Shown piece by piece: positions 14,176-26,612 of a stretch of 64,000 nt of DNA; position 1 is the stretch's first letter; each line of letters begins with the position of its first letter. Source of the DNA: Tubulanus polymorphus (lineage: Eukaryota; Animalia; Nemertea). The translations under genes were made by a program, and so were the position numbers. The notes beneath the pieces are model-generated. The model ran no database searches and had not been told where the DNA came from. It worked only from the letters and a program-made list of their open reading frames with translations. The stretch is from NCBI RefSeq assembly GCF_964204645.1, contig NC_134032.1:2690175-2754174 (forward strand). The letters are read 5' to 3'.

Positions 14176-14557
14176 ATGTACGGAAGCCCCTAGGTGACAT
14201 ACTGGATAATTTTTTCACAACTTCGACTTGTTAAGTCGAATTTCGACTTATTATCTCGAAATTAGACATAATAAGTTGGAATTCGACAGAATAATTTTGA
14301 ATTTCGACTTAATCAGTCGAATTTCGAGTTAATTATGTAGAATTTCGAGTTTTCTTTTCATGTCAAATTTGGTGTTATTCTCATGTAGACTCATTATCTC
14401 GAAATTAGACTTAAAAATAACTCGAAATTCGACATAAAAATAAGTCGAATTTCGACATAACTAACTCGAAATTCGAGTTAATTAACTCGAAATTCGACAT
14501 AATAAGTCGGATTTGTGAAATATTCATCTCGTATGTCACCTAGGGGCTTCCGTACAT
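14176..14557. mobile_element. MITE with a perfect 27-bp inverted repeat and internal ~21-bp tandem repeats (possible TA TSD)
   Basis: atgtacggaagcccctaggtgacatac (14176-14202) / gtatgtcacctaggggcttccgtacat (14531-14557); internal 'tcgaaattcgac' units in both orientations. Confidence 0.85.
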
Positions 14558-17500
14558 CCCTATATGAAGAAAAATGTCCCGGTCTATCATTACTGATTTA
14601 GAATAAATTTCACATCAAAATAACACCAGAGAAAAAACTTGGTACCGTAATTGTGTAAATAGCACATTAACCATAAACAAATTCATTGAGTAACCATGAG
14701 AATTGTAGGCCTAGGATTTTGATATCGATTAATTTTGCCTATTGAGAACATGTGAACTCATTACATGATACGTCTAATTTATGAAGATTTTACTGTTGAA
14801 TTGAATGCGCAGTTGCTAAATTACATAACATTAATGGAGAAAATAATGAAACGTTATAAAGTAAATGCAGAGTTACTTGAATTAATGAATACATCAAAAA
14901 TTAACAAGTAAATCAAAGTAGAGCTATTATTTGTTATGAAATGTTTAAATTGTAAATTAAAATGAACTACCAAGTTAGTTCTCTGTGGTGTTATTATGGT
15001 GTGAAATTAACTAAAATACCAACTTAGTAATTTTTCCGGGGACATTTTTCCGGTGAGATTTTTTCGGGGACATTTTTTCCCGGGCATTTTACCTACATCT
15101 GGTTCACAACAATGGCCCTGCAGTCAAAATAACAAGTTGGCCGAATATAATTATCGGGGTCATTTTCCTAGCAACTAAATTTCATACAAATCTGTGTAAA
15201 AATTGAAATCATAGTCTTCTTCATCGATATCGAATGAGCTAGTTTCCGGATCAACGCGTCGACTCGTGGTCAGAAATTAGTGTTGCTAAAAAGACATAAG
15301 TGAGGATGGCGCATTCTACCTTCAGCCACATCTTACTTCTTACAGAAACCCTGTAAGATCTATGTAAAACTGTAAATTCTTTATTACTGATACGTTATTT
15401 GATGGATAAAATATGCCGTATTGCCGCGTGTGAATATATGAGATGTTGTTGATTTTGAAATAATTTTGACCGGTCATACAAACATTCATTTTGTATGCAG
15501 CAATAATTTACATTTATTCCGCGAGGTCACAGCAGATTGGACTGTCGAAGTGAACTTTCGAACTTTCGGTAGATAAGCCTCTTTAACTGTGTGAGAATTA
15601 TTGTATAAAATACCCCCGTGTATCGTGGTCCAACATCACTCTCTAAAGCAGAATTATCTGACGCACGAGCTTTGAACCCCAACCCTACAAACATGAAGGT
15701 ATGTACCATGAAACGATTGATAGAACTGACAGTAAGTTCACTGTTCACCTTTCAATCTTTATCATTTTTACAGTTCTTCATTTTGGTTGTCGCAGTCGCG
15801 TTACTCATTTCAGGAGTTCTTTCCAGTGAAGGTAAGCGCATTGGTTTATTTGGACCCAGTTCCTCGGTTGGGACTTAACGAATTGACGAAAATTATTTTG
15901 TAACTGTAGACCCGGGTCCGCCTGCTGATTGCTCATTTTACAAACGACAACCGTAAATCGATGTGCAAAACGTCACAGGTTTGTGTGTACACATACAAGC
16001 TATTTGGCAAAATATTATTGATGAAGATGTAGAATGGCTCCCTGGGATTATATGATGACCTCTATTTGAACGTCGAAATGTTATATCGCATTGAATATCA
16101 TGAGAAGACGTATTGTAATAGTAAAGGATGTATGATTATATCAGGAGCGGCAGGGATAAATAGAAATGATAATTAAATCGGATTGTTCGGTTAAATGGCG
16201 GATGTATACACGATTTGGAAGTCTGATATAAAAGTCAGACCCTGACATGGGGATGCTAGTGGAATGACGAAGCTATCTACGATCTGAGTTGGGCCGGCGT
16301 GAATTTCATCGGCGGCTACAAGCGGTCTATATAAAAACGTGTAAACTTAATTTCTATATTCAAATGTTTTAGAAAATATGTTCGATATTAGACGTATGCA
16401 GGTTCCATGAGATTAGCAATTTATAATAGCATAGCTGTCATATACGGCTCCGCGTCCAATGATGGCATGTATATAAGGTGACAATTAAATTCAATACTTT
16501 ATTGATCCTTAATACATTGAAATTCCGGGATAAAATTTCAAAAATCAATAAATTTACAAATTTTAGAATAAGAAAATACAAGACACACGGGTAATTCATA
16601 CAGAATAACATGAATAAGTTATTTAAATGACAATTTCTACTTCAACCCAGACTCAAGTCTAGGATATCAAGTGACAGCCAGACCGGGCCCCAGGACCGGG
16701 CTGGCTGGCTACACGATATGCTCAAAGTCATGATGAAGCAGACATCAGTAGAGCTCTTTCTTCAACCATGGAGGCAATGAAGTTGCAGACCAGCATAGAG
16801 GCAAAAGTGAATCGAAGTCACAAGTTGACAATTTTTTTTTTAATTAGACCAGTCGAAGACTGTATCATCTACCCAATCGCCAAATCTCATAATTCCCGAA
16901 ATTTCTTAAAACTTCGATTTCAAATTTGCAATTCCACATTAGGGGCCGTGCATTAAGTACGTACGTCCGTAGGAGGGTGCTTAAAATCCGTACAAAAGCG
17001 TACAGGGGGAGGGGAGGGGTCGGCTAAAAACGTACATACTTTCCAATGGGGGAGGGTTAATATTAATAGTACGTACTTTGTGCACGAATCATATGTCTTC
17101 CTTTAATGTATAGCAAACACTGCCTTAATTGCGAAACCGGTCTCACTGGGTTTGTTGCATTCAGTATATTATATTTGGATCTCGGGAATTCCCCACTTTC
17201 AGTCTTTCATTTCGTGGCCATGGAAGATCGTTGATCAACGTCAGCAGGAACTCTGATTAAAGTTGTTTCACCCACAATGTAAATCTTAAAAAAACGATTA
17301 TTTTCAGAGAGAATCTGGAGATGGGTGGAAAGATTCACCCGAAACGTAAGAACACAAATAATAACAATTTTTTAAATTTAAATAGTGGGTGAAACGCAAC
17401 TTCTTGCATATGCTACTTAAATCATGATGTCAATCGTGATGATTTTGCTTGGTGTACTCGACATTGTACCTCAATACTCCCTTCGCACCTGAATATTTTT

Positions 17501-17779
17501 TTTGGATCCAAAACGGTTGCATGTCGCACCTGAATATCTTTTTGGATCCATAACGGTTGCATGTCCTCTGTTGGTTTGCGGCTGCGATTTGTGTTTGAGC
17601 AACACATATAGAAAATTGCGACATCAAGTCTCCTGTAAAAATTTGTTAGGCCGTAAATCGTACCTATCCGGCACGGTGATTTTGTGCCTTATGTGTGGGT
17701 TAACTAATGCAAAAGTAGCGCGGGAAATTACCCACATTTCGAAATCGCATCGCAATCGAGTTAGAAGAATCAACCATAC

Positions 17780-19590
17780 GTATGTTGGATTGGTGCGTTC
17801 GTGCGTACCGGAGGGAGTGCCTCGGACGGTTTTTCCGAGCCTCCCTACTGCGAGTTACGTCTCTGACGTCGGTCTAGAAGAGACCAAGGGAACCGTTGCG
17901 TCGGAACCAACGAAGGGATTCCAATTTCTTCCACCTCCGTCTCCATATTCACCTCCTCCGCCGCCTAGTTCGCCACCCCGCCTATCGCAACACCAACACT
18001 ATACGACTGTTGAGACATTCCGTTACCGGCAGAACCCGCTATCGCGTGCACTTTAGACGTCTCGATGGCAGTGATATTGGCAGGCTTCGAAGAAGAACTA
18101 CTGTTTACCGTTTGATGTTTTGTGTCATCGTGAAATGGTTTTAACTTTAGTAAAGGAGTTCCTGCGCGATCACCTATACGTGCTAAGGTACCCTATGTTG
18201 GTTAAATTCTATCAGTAAATGCCAGTAGTAAATGAAAATGGAAGATACGGCTTTCCGCTTTGACGTGGATGCTGATATTGAATTTGAACAGTATGCACTT
18301 ACTATATATTTTTGTTTGCCACATTGCTGCTGCTATTTCCATGGTTGCCTCTAAGATTATATCGTAAGTGGTCAATTGCAGGTATTAGGTGTTTAGATAT
18401 GGAATCCAGTAGTTCCCTTCATTCTATCCAAAGTTGCTTTTTCGGATATTGGCCCGGATATGCCGGCCGACTTTGTTTATGTTTGGAGCAAGGGGGACCC
18501 CTTCGCTTCCCGTTGTCGCGCCCATAGCCGAAGCTGGCCGATTCCAGCTGGTGAATAATCAGATCACGCTGGTTATATCTACAGGTAACATCGAAGGGGA
18601 AGAGCAGCGGCTGCATGCCGTCGCTGACGCTGGTGTGCCAGAAGTCATTGTAGAAACAAACAACCTGATAATTGTTGGCATGGGCGAGACGGAAAGGTCG
18701 GCTCGGCATCGACCCGTAGCCTTCATGTGACTTTGCACAACCACCCTTCATCGATGGGCTCAGTGTATCAATACTGCGGGACCCCTACTGAAACCTTCGT
18801 TTGCACCGCGTTCAGGGTCCTCGCAGTCCACCATGGTATTGACTGGCCACCCACTGAAGAAGTAATCGCTCCGCGCCGTGTCGCAGTATTCGGACTCAGA
18901 CATCAGCATCCGACCCCGCACGGACCCGTCGCAACCTGGGGCCTGGACCGTCGGAATGTGCTGTGCGCTATCGACTGCAATTCGGCCAAGATTCCATACG
19001 TGTGTTAGTGCTCTGTTTTTACCTGTTTTGAAGGTGTTCCGTTGGTTTCGGGGATCTGGTGGGGTCGTTGAGGGCCGAGAGGAGGCTGATTCGGAGCATT
19101 CCGTCCGGATGAGTGCCTGGTCCCCACGTCGGTTCTCTTCGGCCCCGCCCGCTTGCCGGGGCCTCGGAACGCCGTTTCTCACTCTTGTAAAAATAATGTT
19201 TATTGTAATTTGTATTGTTTTCGGGTCTGCTATACTTGCTTTTGAATAGGCCTTTTTGATTTTTGTCATTATGACATCCAATTTTCTTTAAATTAATTTT
19301 GCCTCATCGCCTTAAGGCTGGGTGGGGCGGGGCGGGGGTTTTTGTGGTGAAAATTGTCTTTATCTTGGGTGGGTTCGACCACAAAATTTCGGTCTTTTAC
19401 GAAATTGTACTATGTATTTCGGAATGGCCTTAAGCCATTCTTTTCTCATTGTTTCTTTTTAGGTGTACGTATTCCGGGACGGGGCTGAATGTTCTGCGGC
19501 GATGTTTCGGTATCTTTTCGGCTCAATTTCTATCGGCCAGATTTTTGGCAGTTCTGTCAGATTCCAATTTTACGACCTAAGCAGGCCCCG
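17780..19590 (+). mobile_element. Probable 3' end of an LTR retrotransposon (family A): GC-rich internal region, PPT and truncated LTR start
   Basis: G-rich tract at 19320-19338 followed by 'tgtggtgaaaatt'; 19344-19590 matches 41445-41720. Confidence 0.55.
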
Positions 19591-19683
19591 GGACGAGTGG
19601 GACGAGTTGGCAGTGGGCAGACTAGACCGAACTGCTGCCAATAGACCATGGGAATAATCCAAGCCGAGTTACGCGAAGAAGCA

Positions 19684-19693
19684 GGGAAACTAG
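19684..19693 (+). promoter_or_regulatory. Programmed -1 ribosomal frameshift site (G GGA AAC) at the gag/pol junction
   Basis: CAG GGA AAC TAG (Q-G-N-stop); the -1 frame continues GGG AAA CTA GAT into the protease ORF. Confidence 0.7.
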
Positions 19694-22490
19694 ATGCCGT
19701 TACTCCTGAGAGGGAAGGGATAACACCCGGGCAGACACATCCTCACCTACCAATCGAATCTAATCAGTCAGGAAAGATCAAGTTTCTTTCACATGAGAAC
19801 GCTTTACATGAATCTATACATTTATCTGCAAGAATTCTGGGCCGTGACACGAAGTATTTAGTAGATACGGGTGCCCACTTCACAGTGTGGAATAAGAAAT
19901 TATTTTCTGAAATCAGCAAAAAGAAGAAACTCGCCTTGAGGAATACAAAGGATAATTTATATACTGCTGATAATAGCTCCCTGGATGTCGCAGGGACAGC
20001 TGACGTAAAGTGGGACGTGATAGTCGCTGACATCGCAGATGATGCTATTCTAGGAATGGATTTTCTTGTCGCATATAACTGCCATATCCATCCGGGTACC
20101 GGCACTGTGACATGCCTGAGGAATGAAGCTTTTTCTAATCCGGCCATCTCGAACAGAACTCTACCTACGTACGTAACGATGAGAAATTAGTCTTACCTCC
20201 GAATTCTGAAGTCCTGGTATCGGGTCATGTAAAGACGGCGCTACCACCTGGACAATGGGGTTTAATAGAATCTACCAACAACTGGAGGCTAGGGCCAGAA
20301 GTACTCGTCGCTAAAGAGGTCGTTAATATAAATAGTAGTCGTATTCCTGTTCGTATGGTGAACCTTAGCTCGCTTCCCAAGATCATTCATAAAGGGACAC
20401 CCTTAGGGGTAATCGGAGAAATTTCTAAAATATATACCGAAACTAGTACATCGCAAACGTCGAATTCAAACGACCAATTACCTGAATTTCTACAAGATTT
20501 GTACCACCGGAGTTGTGAAGGTCTGTCCGCCGACAAATGTCATGATGTGAAACATCTACTATGTGAATTTTCGGATGTTTTCGCCTCCTCTATTCTAGAT
20601 CTTGGAGAGGACTCTGGGACTTCACACGTCATCGACGTAGGTAACGCCGTTCCGACAAAACAACGCTTTCGGCGGTTGCCCCTAGCAACACAAGAAGATC
20701 TCAATAAGTTAGTCGATGAAAGCACACGTGATTGAAGAATCCGATAGTCCGTGGTGCAGCAGTATTGTCGTGGTTCGTAAGCCGGATGACACTATTCGAC
20801 TGTGTTTAGATTATCATGATGTTAATGCTGTAACCACGGCAGATAGTTATCCTTTACCTATTATCAACGACACTATCAGATCACTGGCTGACGTGAAGTA
20901 CCTCAGCACCCTTGATCTAGCATCAGGGTACTGGCTTTTTCTTAGAGTTTTCGTGTACCTTCACTCTAAGGAAAAGACAGCTTTTGTTGTGGGTGGGAAA
21001 GGCCTATACCAATTCCGTAAGATGCCCATGGACTTGAAGAATAGTGGTGCCACATTTTAAAGGCTAATGGAAAAGGTATTCAGAAGTCTTATCCCGGAAA
21101 TTGCTCTGGTTTATCTGGACGATGTTATTGTTCATGCTGATAGTTTCCTTGGGATGATGACCAACCTGCGTACTGTCTTCAACCGTCTGCGAAAGGCTGG
21201 ACTAAAACTAAAACCTAAGAAATGTGAGCTGTTTAGAACGTCAGTCAATTTTCTTGGACACCACATCTCCGCTGATGGTATATCATGTTCAGAAAGCAAA
21301 ATCGAAATAATCCAGAATTGGCCCACTCCTAAGAACGTTACAGAGACTCGATCTTACCTTGGTTTAGCATCGTACTATCGGTCGTTTTGCCAAGGGTTCG
21401 CTGAAACTGCAAAACCTCTTCATCGGCTGAAGGCAAAGGGGAGGGAATTCAGATGGGATGCTCAATGCGAAGAAGCTTTCCGCGAGCTGAAGTCAATTTT
21501 GACCCACTCACCAGTTCTGGCTTTCCCCAATCCAAGGTTACCGTTTATCCTGGACACTGATGCATCAGCATTTTCAATTGGAGGTTCGTCAGTCAAGTAC
21601 AATAGGGCAAGGAGAGAATTATCGCCTGTGCTAGCCGTTGTTTAACAAAGGCCGAGAGGAATTATTGCGTGACCCGCAGGGAGCTTTTAGCTGTCGTCGC
21701 CTTTGTAAAACAGTTCAAATATTACCTTGCCGACAAGAAATTCACAATCCGGACTGTCCATGATAAACGAGATGATAAACGCCCCGGATGGCACCAAGTT
21801 TCCTCACAGGTGTTGCCTGCAAATTTTATTGGACCCACTGGAATGATCTGAAGATGATTGAGGGGCTCTTATAGATAATCAAGAGAAGAGAACGTTACCC
21901 GGACTCAACTCTATTAATCTTTCCTGAAAAGTTCAGGAGCAAGTCCTCGACAATATTCATTCATCTGCAGTCGGGGGTCATTTTGGTGTCAAAAAGACCC
22001 TCTTTCTAGTTCACGATCGGTTTTTTTGGCACGGTATTGGTGATGAGGTAAAGTGCTTCTGCAGAGGGTGTAATAAGTGCGCTTCAAAGAAGTCCTCGAG
22101 TAGATTAAAGGCACCCATGAACAACTATCTGGTAGGCCAACCTATGGAGAGAGTATCGATGGATATATTGGGTCCATTACATGAAACATATGATGGAAAC
22201 ATCTTTATATTAGTTATTGGTGACTATTTCACGAAGTGGATCGAAGCATACGCAATTCCGAACCAAGAAGCAGTAACTTGCGCCCGGATACTCGTAGACG
22301 AGTTTGTTACTCGATTCGGCGTCCCCAGAATCATACATTCGGACCAGGGTCAAAACTTCCAGTCCAAGTTGATGGCGGAAGTGTGCGAACTCCTTCAAAT
22401 CCATAAAACGAGAAGTACCGCATTTCGTCCACAATCGAACGGAGTGGTCGAACGTTATAACCGAACGCTGTTAATGTGTCTGTCTATAAA

Positions 22491-24971
22491 CCCTCATGGG
22501 CCTATGGTTGCAGATATGCAACACCCAAAATTGGGCCCCATGGAGATTTTTCCGTTTCGAAATTCACGGCCAATTTAGTTTTGTACAACCATTTAGGCCT
22601 AATGTTGTAATTCTGCAATATTAGACACCGATCAGTGCTGACATCGGTTCACCGGTGTCATCACTAACCAGTTAGTAAAAAGTGAATCAGTGTAACATGA
22701 AATTCTCTTCTAAAATCGTGAATTCTGACAAGTTATAGGTAAGTGAAAATGAAACTAAGTCATTTATAATAATAAATACATAGTCTAGAACATGTAGATG
22801 TGGTGTTTGCTTAGAAAAGAATTTTTAGCTCTGTGGATTGAAACGGTTAATTTCGGTGTTGCAAAAATGCAACATCAGGCTCACATGGAAATTTTTTTTC
22901 AGATTTGGTTCAAATCCCAGCGTCAATCAATCCATACTGTGATTGAATAATCATAACCTACACCTATTAAATAATGTTAACTATTAAATTTTTCAGATAA
23001 ACTGCATGGCAAGCCAGAAAAGCCGCCTTAGTGTACTTGATGTTGTCGATGCGCTCGATGGTGATGTCAGTGATCTATCTGAACTCGACGATGGAAGTGA
23101 TGATGATGAAGAATCAGATGTATTAGATCAAGATGTCCAGGATACTGATAGTGATGACGATGATGATGGTTTTAGTTCGGAAGATGATGTGCCACTGTCG
23201 ACGTTTGGTACGGGTACCAGTAAGAAAAAAACGGGTAAAAAAGGTTCAAATGCCCTAGCTACTGTATGGAAAACCCAGAATTATGTTCCTCCTGATCACA
23301 CTTTCTCTGGAAGTGCTCTTACTGTTCCAAATGCAGTGAAATCACCGTATGAATATTTTAGAGAATTTATTACTGATGAAATGTTGGATGCAGTTTGTGA
23401 AATGACGAATTTGTACAGCGTCCAGAAAAATGGCAAGAGCGCAAATTTGAAACGAAAAGAACTACAACAGCTTATTGGAATGTTTTTCCGAATGGGACTC
23501 CTAAAAATGTCGGGAGTGCGATCATAGTGGGAAACTGAAACTAGAGTGTCGATGGTGGCCAATGTGATGAGTAGGGATCGGTTCCGCCTACTGCAAACTA
23601 TATTACATTTCGTTGACAACAATAATGCTACAGATGAAACTAAAAAAGATAAAGTATGGAAGATCCGGCCGTGGCTGAAAAGTCTGCGTGATAATTGCCT
23701 AGCAGTAGAACCCAAGGAGCATAATTCCATCGACGAAATGATGGTTCCCTTCAAGGGAAAATATAGTTCCATCCGTCAATACATCCAAAATAAACCCCAC
23801 AAGTGGGGTCTGAAGATATGGGTGCGGGCACGTACCACTGGCATCGTTATGGATTTCGATGTTTACCAAGTTGCAGGTGGCAGAGTATCAGAATTAGGTG
23901 TAGGTGCAAATGTGGTGGTGAAATTATCAGAAACCCTGCCGAGAAACCAAAATTATAAAGTGACTGCTGACAATTTGTTCTCATCAGTTGGGCTGGTACG
24001 TAAAATAAAGTCAATGGGTATGCATTACACTGGAACAATGCGAAAAAATCGACTCCAAGGATGCCCAATAATGACGGATAAGGAACTTGAAAAAAATCCA
24101 GGGGATCATATGATGTATACGTAGAAACCAATCTAAATGCCGCCATGGTAAAATGGTATGACAACCGTTGCGTTACAGTGATCTCATCATTCTGTGCTAC
24201 TGAGCCCACCGATGAAGTCGACCGTGCGGACAAAAAACAAAAAAAATTGTCAAAGTCAAGCGACCTTATGCCATAAAAATCTACAACGAGTCAATGGGCG
24301 GAGTCGAACTGGTCGATAGCTGTATATCGTTGTACAAGTACAACCTAAAATCCTGCCGATGGTACCTATATCTGTTCGGGCGCAGCCTCATGATAGCTGA
24401 AGTAAACGCATGGCAGCAGCTGTATCGTAGAGACTGTAGGCTGGTTGGCAGACCAAAGAAAGAAGTCATCAGAAATAGGAAATTTCAGTCTCATCTAGCA
24501 TCGACCCTAATAATGATAAATGCGGAAAGGAAACGGGGACGTCCCTTGGACGATGAAAAGTCACCCAAACCACCAAAGGTTGTAAGAAAAGGTCCAGTGA
24601 GTGATGTTCAGAAAGACCGCTATGCACATTGGCCAGTCAAGCTTCAGAAACGGGGACGTTGTAAGAACTGTACGGATGGATACACATACACCGCCTGCGA
24701 AAAATGCAATGTCCGTCTCTGTTTCAATGATAAGAGGAATTGTTATATGAAGTATCATACATAAATCTACTGAAAAGGTGTCATTTATAATAGAAAATTA
24801 ATCTGTAGTGTGAATAAAGTCTTGAAATAGTTTGCATATTTTGATCGTTTTGGTGACGTCGGAGCCTGGAGCTGGGAAACCAATAGGGATGTGCTAGTTG
24901 TACCCCATACAGTCTGTATTTAGTGGGAAACATTTTTTTGGGAACCGTAAGTTGGTTCAGACCCATGAGGG
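22491..24971 (+). mobile_element. piggyBac DNA transposon (PGBD3-like), full length
   Basis: TIRs ccctcatggg(c)ct / ag(a)cccatgaggg; flanks TAAA (22487-22490) and TTAA (24972-24975); removing it restores the Gypsy integrase frame. Confidence 0.93.
23006..24764 (+). pseudogene. piggyBac transposase (1 stop, 2 poly-A frameshifts)
   Basis: Acidic N-terminus; SIDEMMVPFKG, KPHKWG, ADNLFSS, GTMRKNR, YNESMGGVE motifs; C-terminal Cys-rich domain CKNC..CEKCNVRLC..C..YH. Confidence 0.92.
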
Positions 24972-25607
24972 TTAAGGTTGAAGAAAACCAGATGGACTGG
25001 GACCAACACTTACCATACGTGACCATGGCGTACATGGCGACGATACACGATGCAACCGGGTTTAGCCCAAACCGATTTATGTTGGGTCGCGAAATTGACC
25101 TACCCATTGACGTAATCATAGGTGGTCCTCGCTGCGAAATTCCGGTCCTCAGCAGTCAATACATTATTGAAATGAAGCACCGGTTATCAGAGTCTTTTCA
25201 CGAGGTCCGCAAACAAACTCATAAGCGAGCTGAAAGGAACAAAACACAATACAATGTCAAACCACACACCTTTGCGATAGATTCTTGAGTCTGGCTGTAT
25301 ACCCCTTCCACAATGCCGGGTAGAACGAAAAAGCTATCATGCTTATGGTCTGGGCCATGTACCATACTTAAGAATTTTAACGATGTAATTTTTCGTGTCA
25401 GACTTCCCTATGAGAAATGCGTCCATAGCGACCGGTTAAAAGAGTATCTCGTAACAAATGATGTCATTTCTCGGGGCAACACTGTTTCTCCTAGTGACGG
25501 TCCAAATCTCAACTGTCAACCGTACCAAACGTCCTATTCGCCCACCTAAACGCATGGGTTGGGACTGAGACTGATGTTCTAATCTCTGGTCTGTTTTTTT
25601 CTTTCAG

Positions 25608-26475
25608 TTAAAGTTATGAAGACTAAAGCCATGAAAGAAAACCGACGAATTGGTATTGCAAATATCGTAAACGAAAGTTTTCGGCAAATACAACAAGAAG
25701 AGGCATCTTGAGTTCTACTGCGCGCCGTATAAATCTCGTGCTGGTTCATCGCCGTTCATAATCAAGCGGTTTTATAGATGTATGACGTGCGGTGAAGGAG
25801 CGGAAGACCGAGAAGAAGTGAAAGCACACATCGAACACAACCATTATAAGATCTTCAAAGATAAAGGATTGAAATACTTAGGTCTAATCAAGCTGCTAGA
25901 AGAAACAGAATCGAAACCGGTGTTGAAAAGCGCGGTCTCAAAAATAAATGCAGACCCCGCACCCGTGACCGTAAAATTGGCGACGAATTTGTTGCAATGC
26001 TGTCCCTGAAGAAAATTTTACAGACATGCCAATACTTACCTTAGACGACATGGACATTGAACTTGCCAAATTGTTTGATGACCTCGACAAGGTCATACCG
26101 GAACCTGCCGATTCAGTTCAGGAGGTAAAGAAACAGTCCGTGAACGAAGACCAAGGATCGCGAACCGTATTAATCAGTAAGAGGAAACCCGTCGAACCGG
26201 TAGCTGTAAATAATCCGATTCCGTCCGATTCCGATCTCGTATCTCCCGTTTTAACGGATAAGTCCACCACGAACGACGCGTGGAAACTCATTTCTCTCGA
26301 CAACACGACGTCAACGCCCTGCGATCCGCGGATTCCGATTCAGGTCATCCACCGGCACGAACTGTGGGGCGGCAGTATTTCTATTGAGGGTCGGCCCGGT
26401 GACCAATTCGACTGTAAATTTTGTTCCATTCAGGAAGAAATGAAAGAGAGAATGATTGAGAAACCTGATTCGTAA
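25608..26475 (+). pseudogene. Gypsy extra ORF3 with two zinc fingers, preceded by a splice acceptor
   Basis: Pyrimidine tract plus CAG ending ~25607; WYCKY(R)KRKFSANTTR/RHLEFYC (C2HC-like, frameshifted) and YRCMTCGEGAEDREEVKAHIEHNH (C2H2). Confidence 0.6.
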
Positions 26476-26612
26476 TCATAGAATTCGTGCGGACTGTTAA
26501 TGTATTGTTGATGTAATGTATTTAATGTAATAATGAATTTTTCCTTTTATATGTAGTTTGGTCGCCTGTTCTGGATGGGCGCATTCAGGGCTGGTGGGGG
26601 GGGGGGGGGCTG

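Larger units (their letters stand above)
19648..25549 (+). pseudogene. pol: Gypsy/Ty3 pol (protease-RT-RNase H-integrase), disrupted and split by a piggyBac
   Basis: LVDTGA protease; LDLASGYW and YLDD RT; DTDAS RNase H; H..GGHFG..C..C zinc motif and MDILG/SDQG/VERYN integrase. The integrase resumes in frame at 24976 (VEENQMDWDQHLP). Domain order PR-RT-RH-IN. Confidence 0.95.

Noticed and set aside
14220-14515. Regular short repeats resembling a CRISPR array
   Set aside because: No unique spacers, units occur in both orientations inside a TIR-bounded MITE, the context is eukaryotic and there are no cas genes
17980-18080. Possible chromodomain (..RHSVTGRTRYRVHF..)
   Set aside because: Aromatic-cage and W motifs are absent; similarity too weak
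19344-19590. Candidate 5' LTR of the Gypsy pol element
   Set aside because: It does not match the 3' LTR at 26613-28091, and it follows a PPT rather than preceding a PBS
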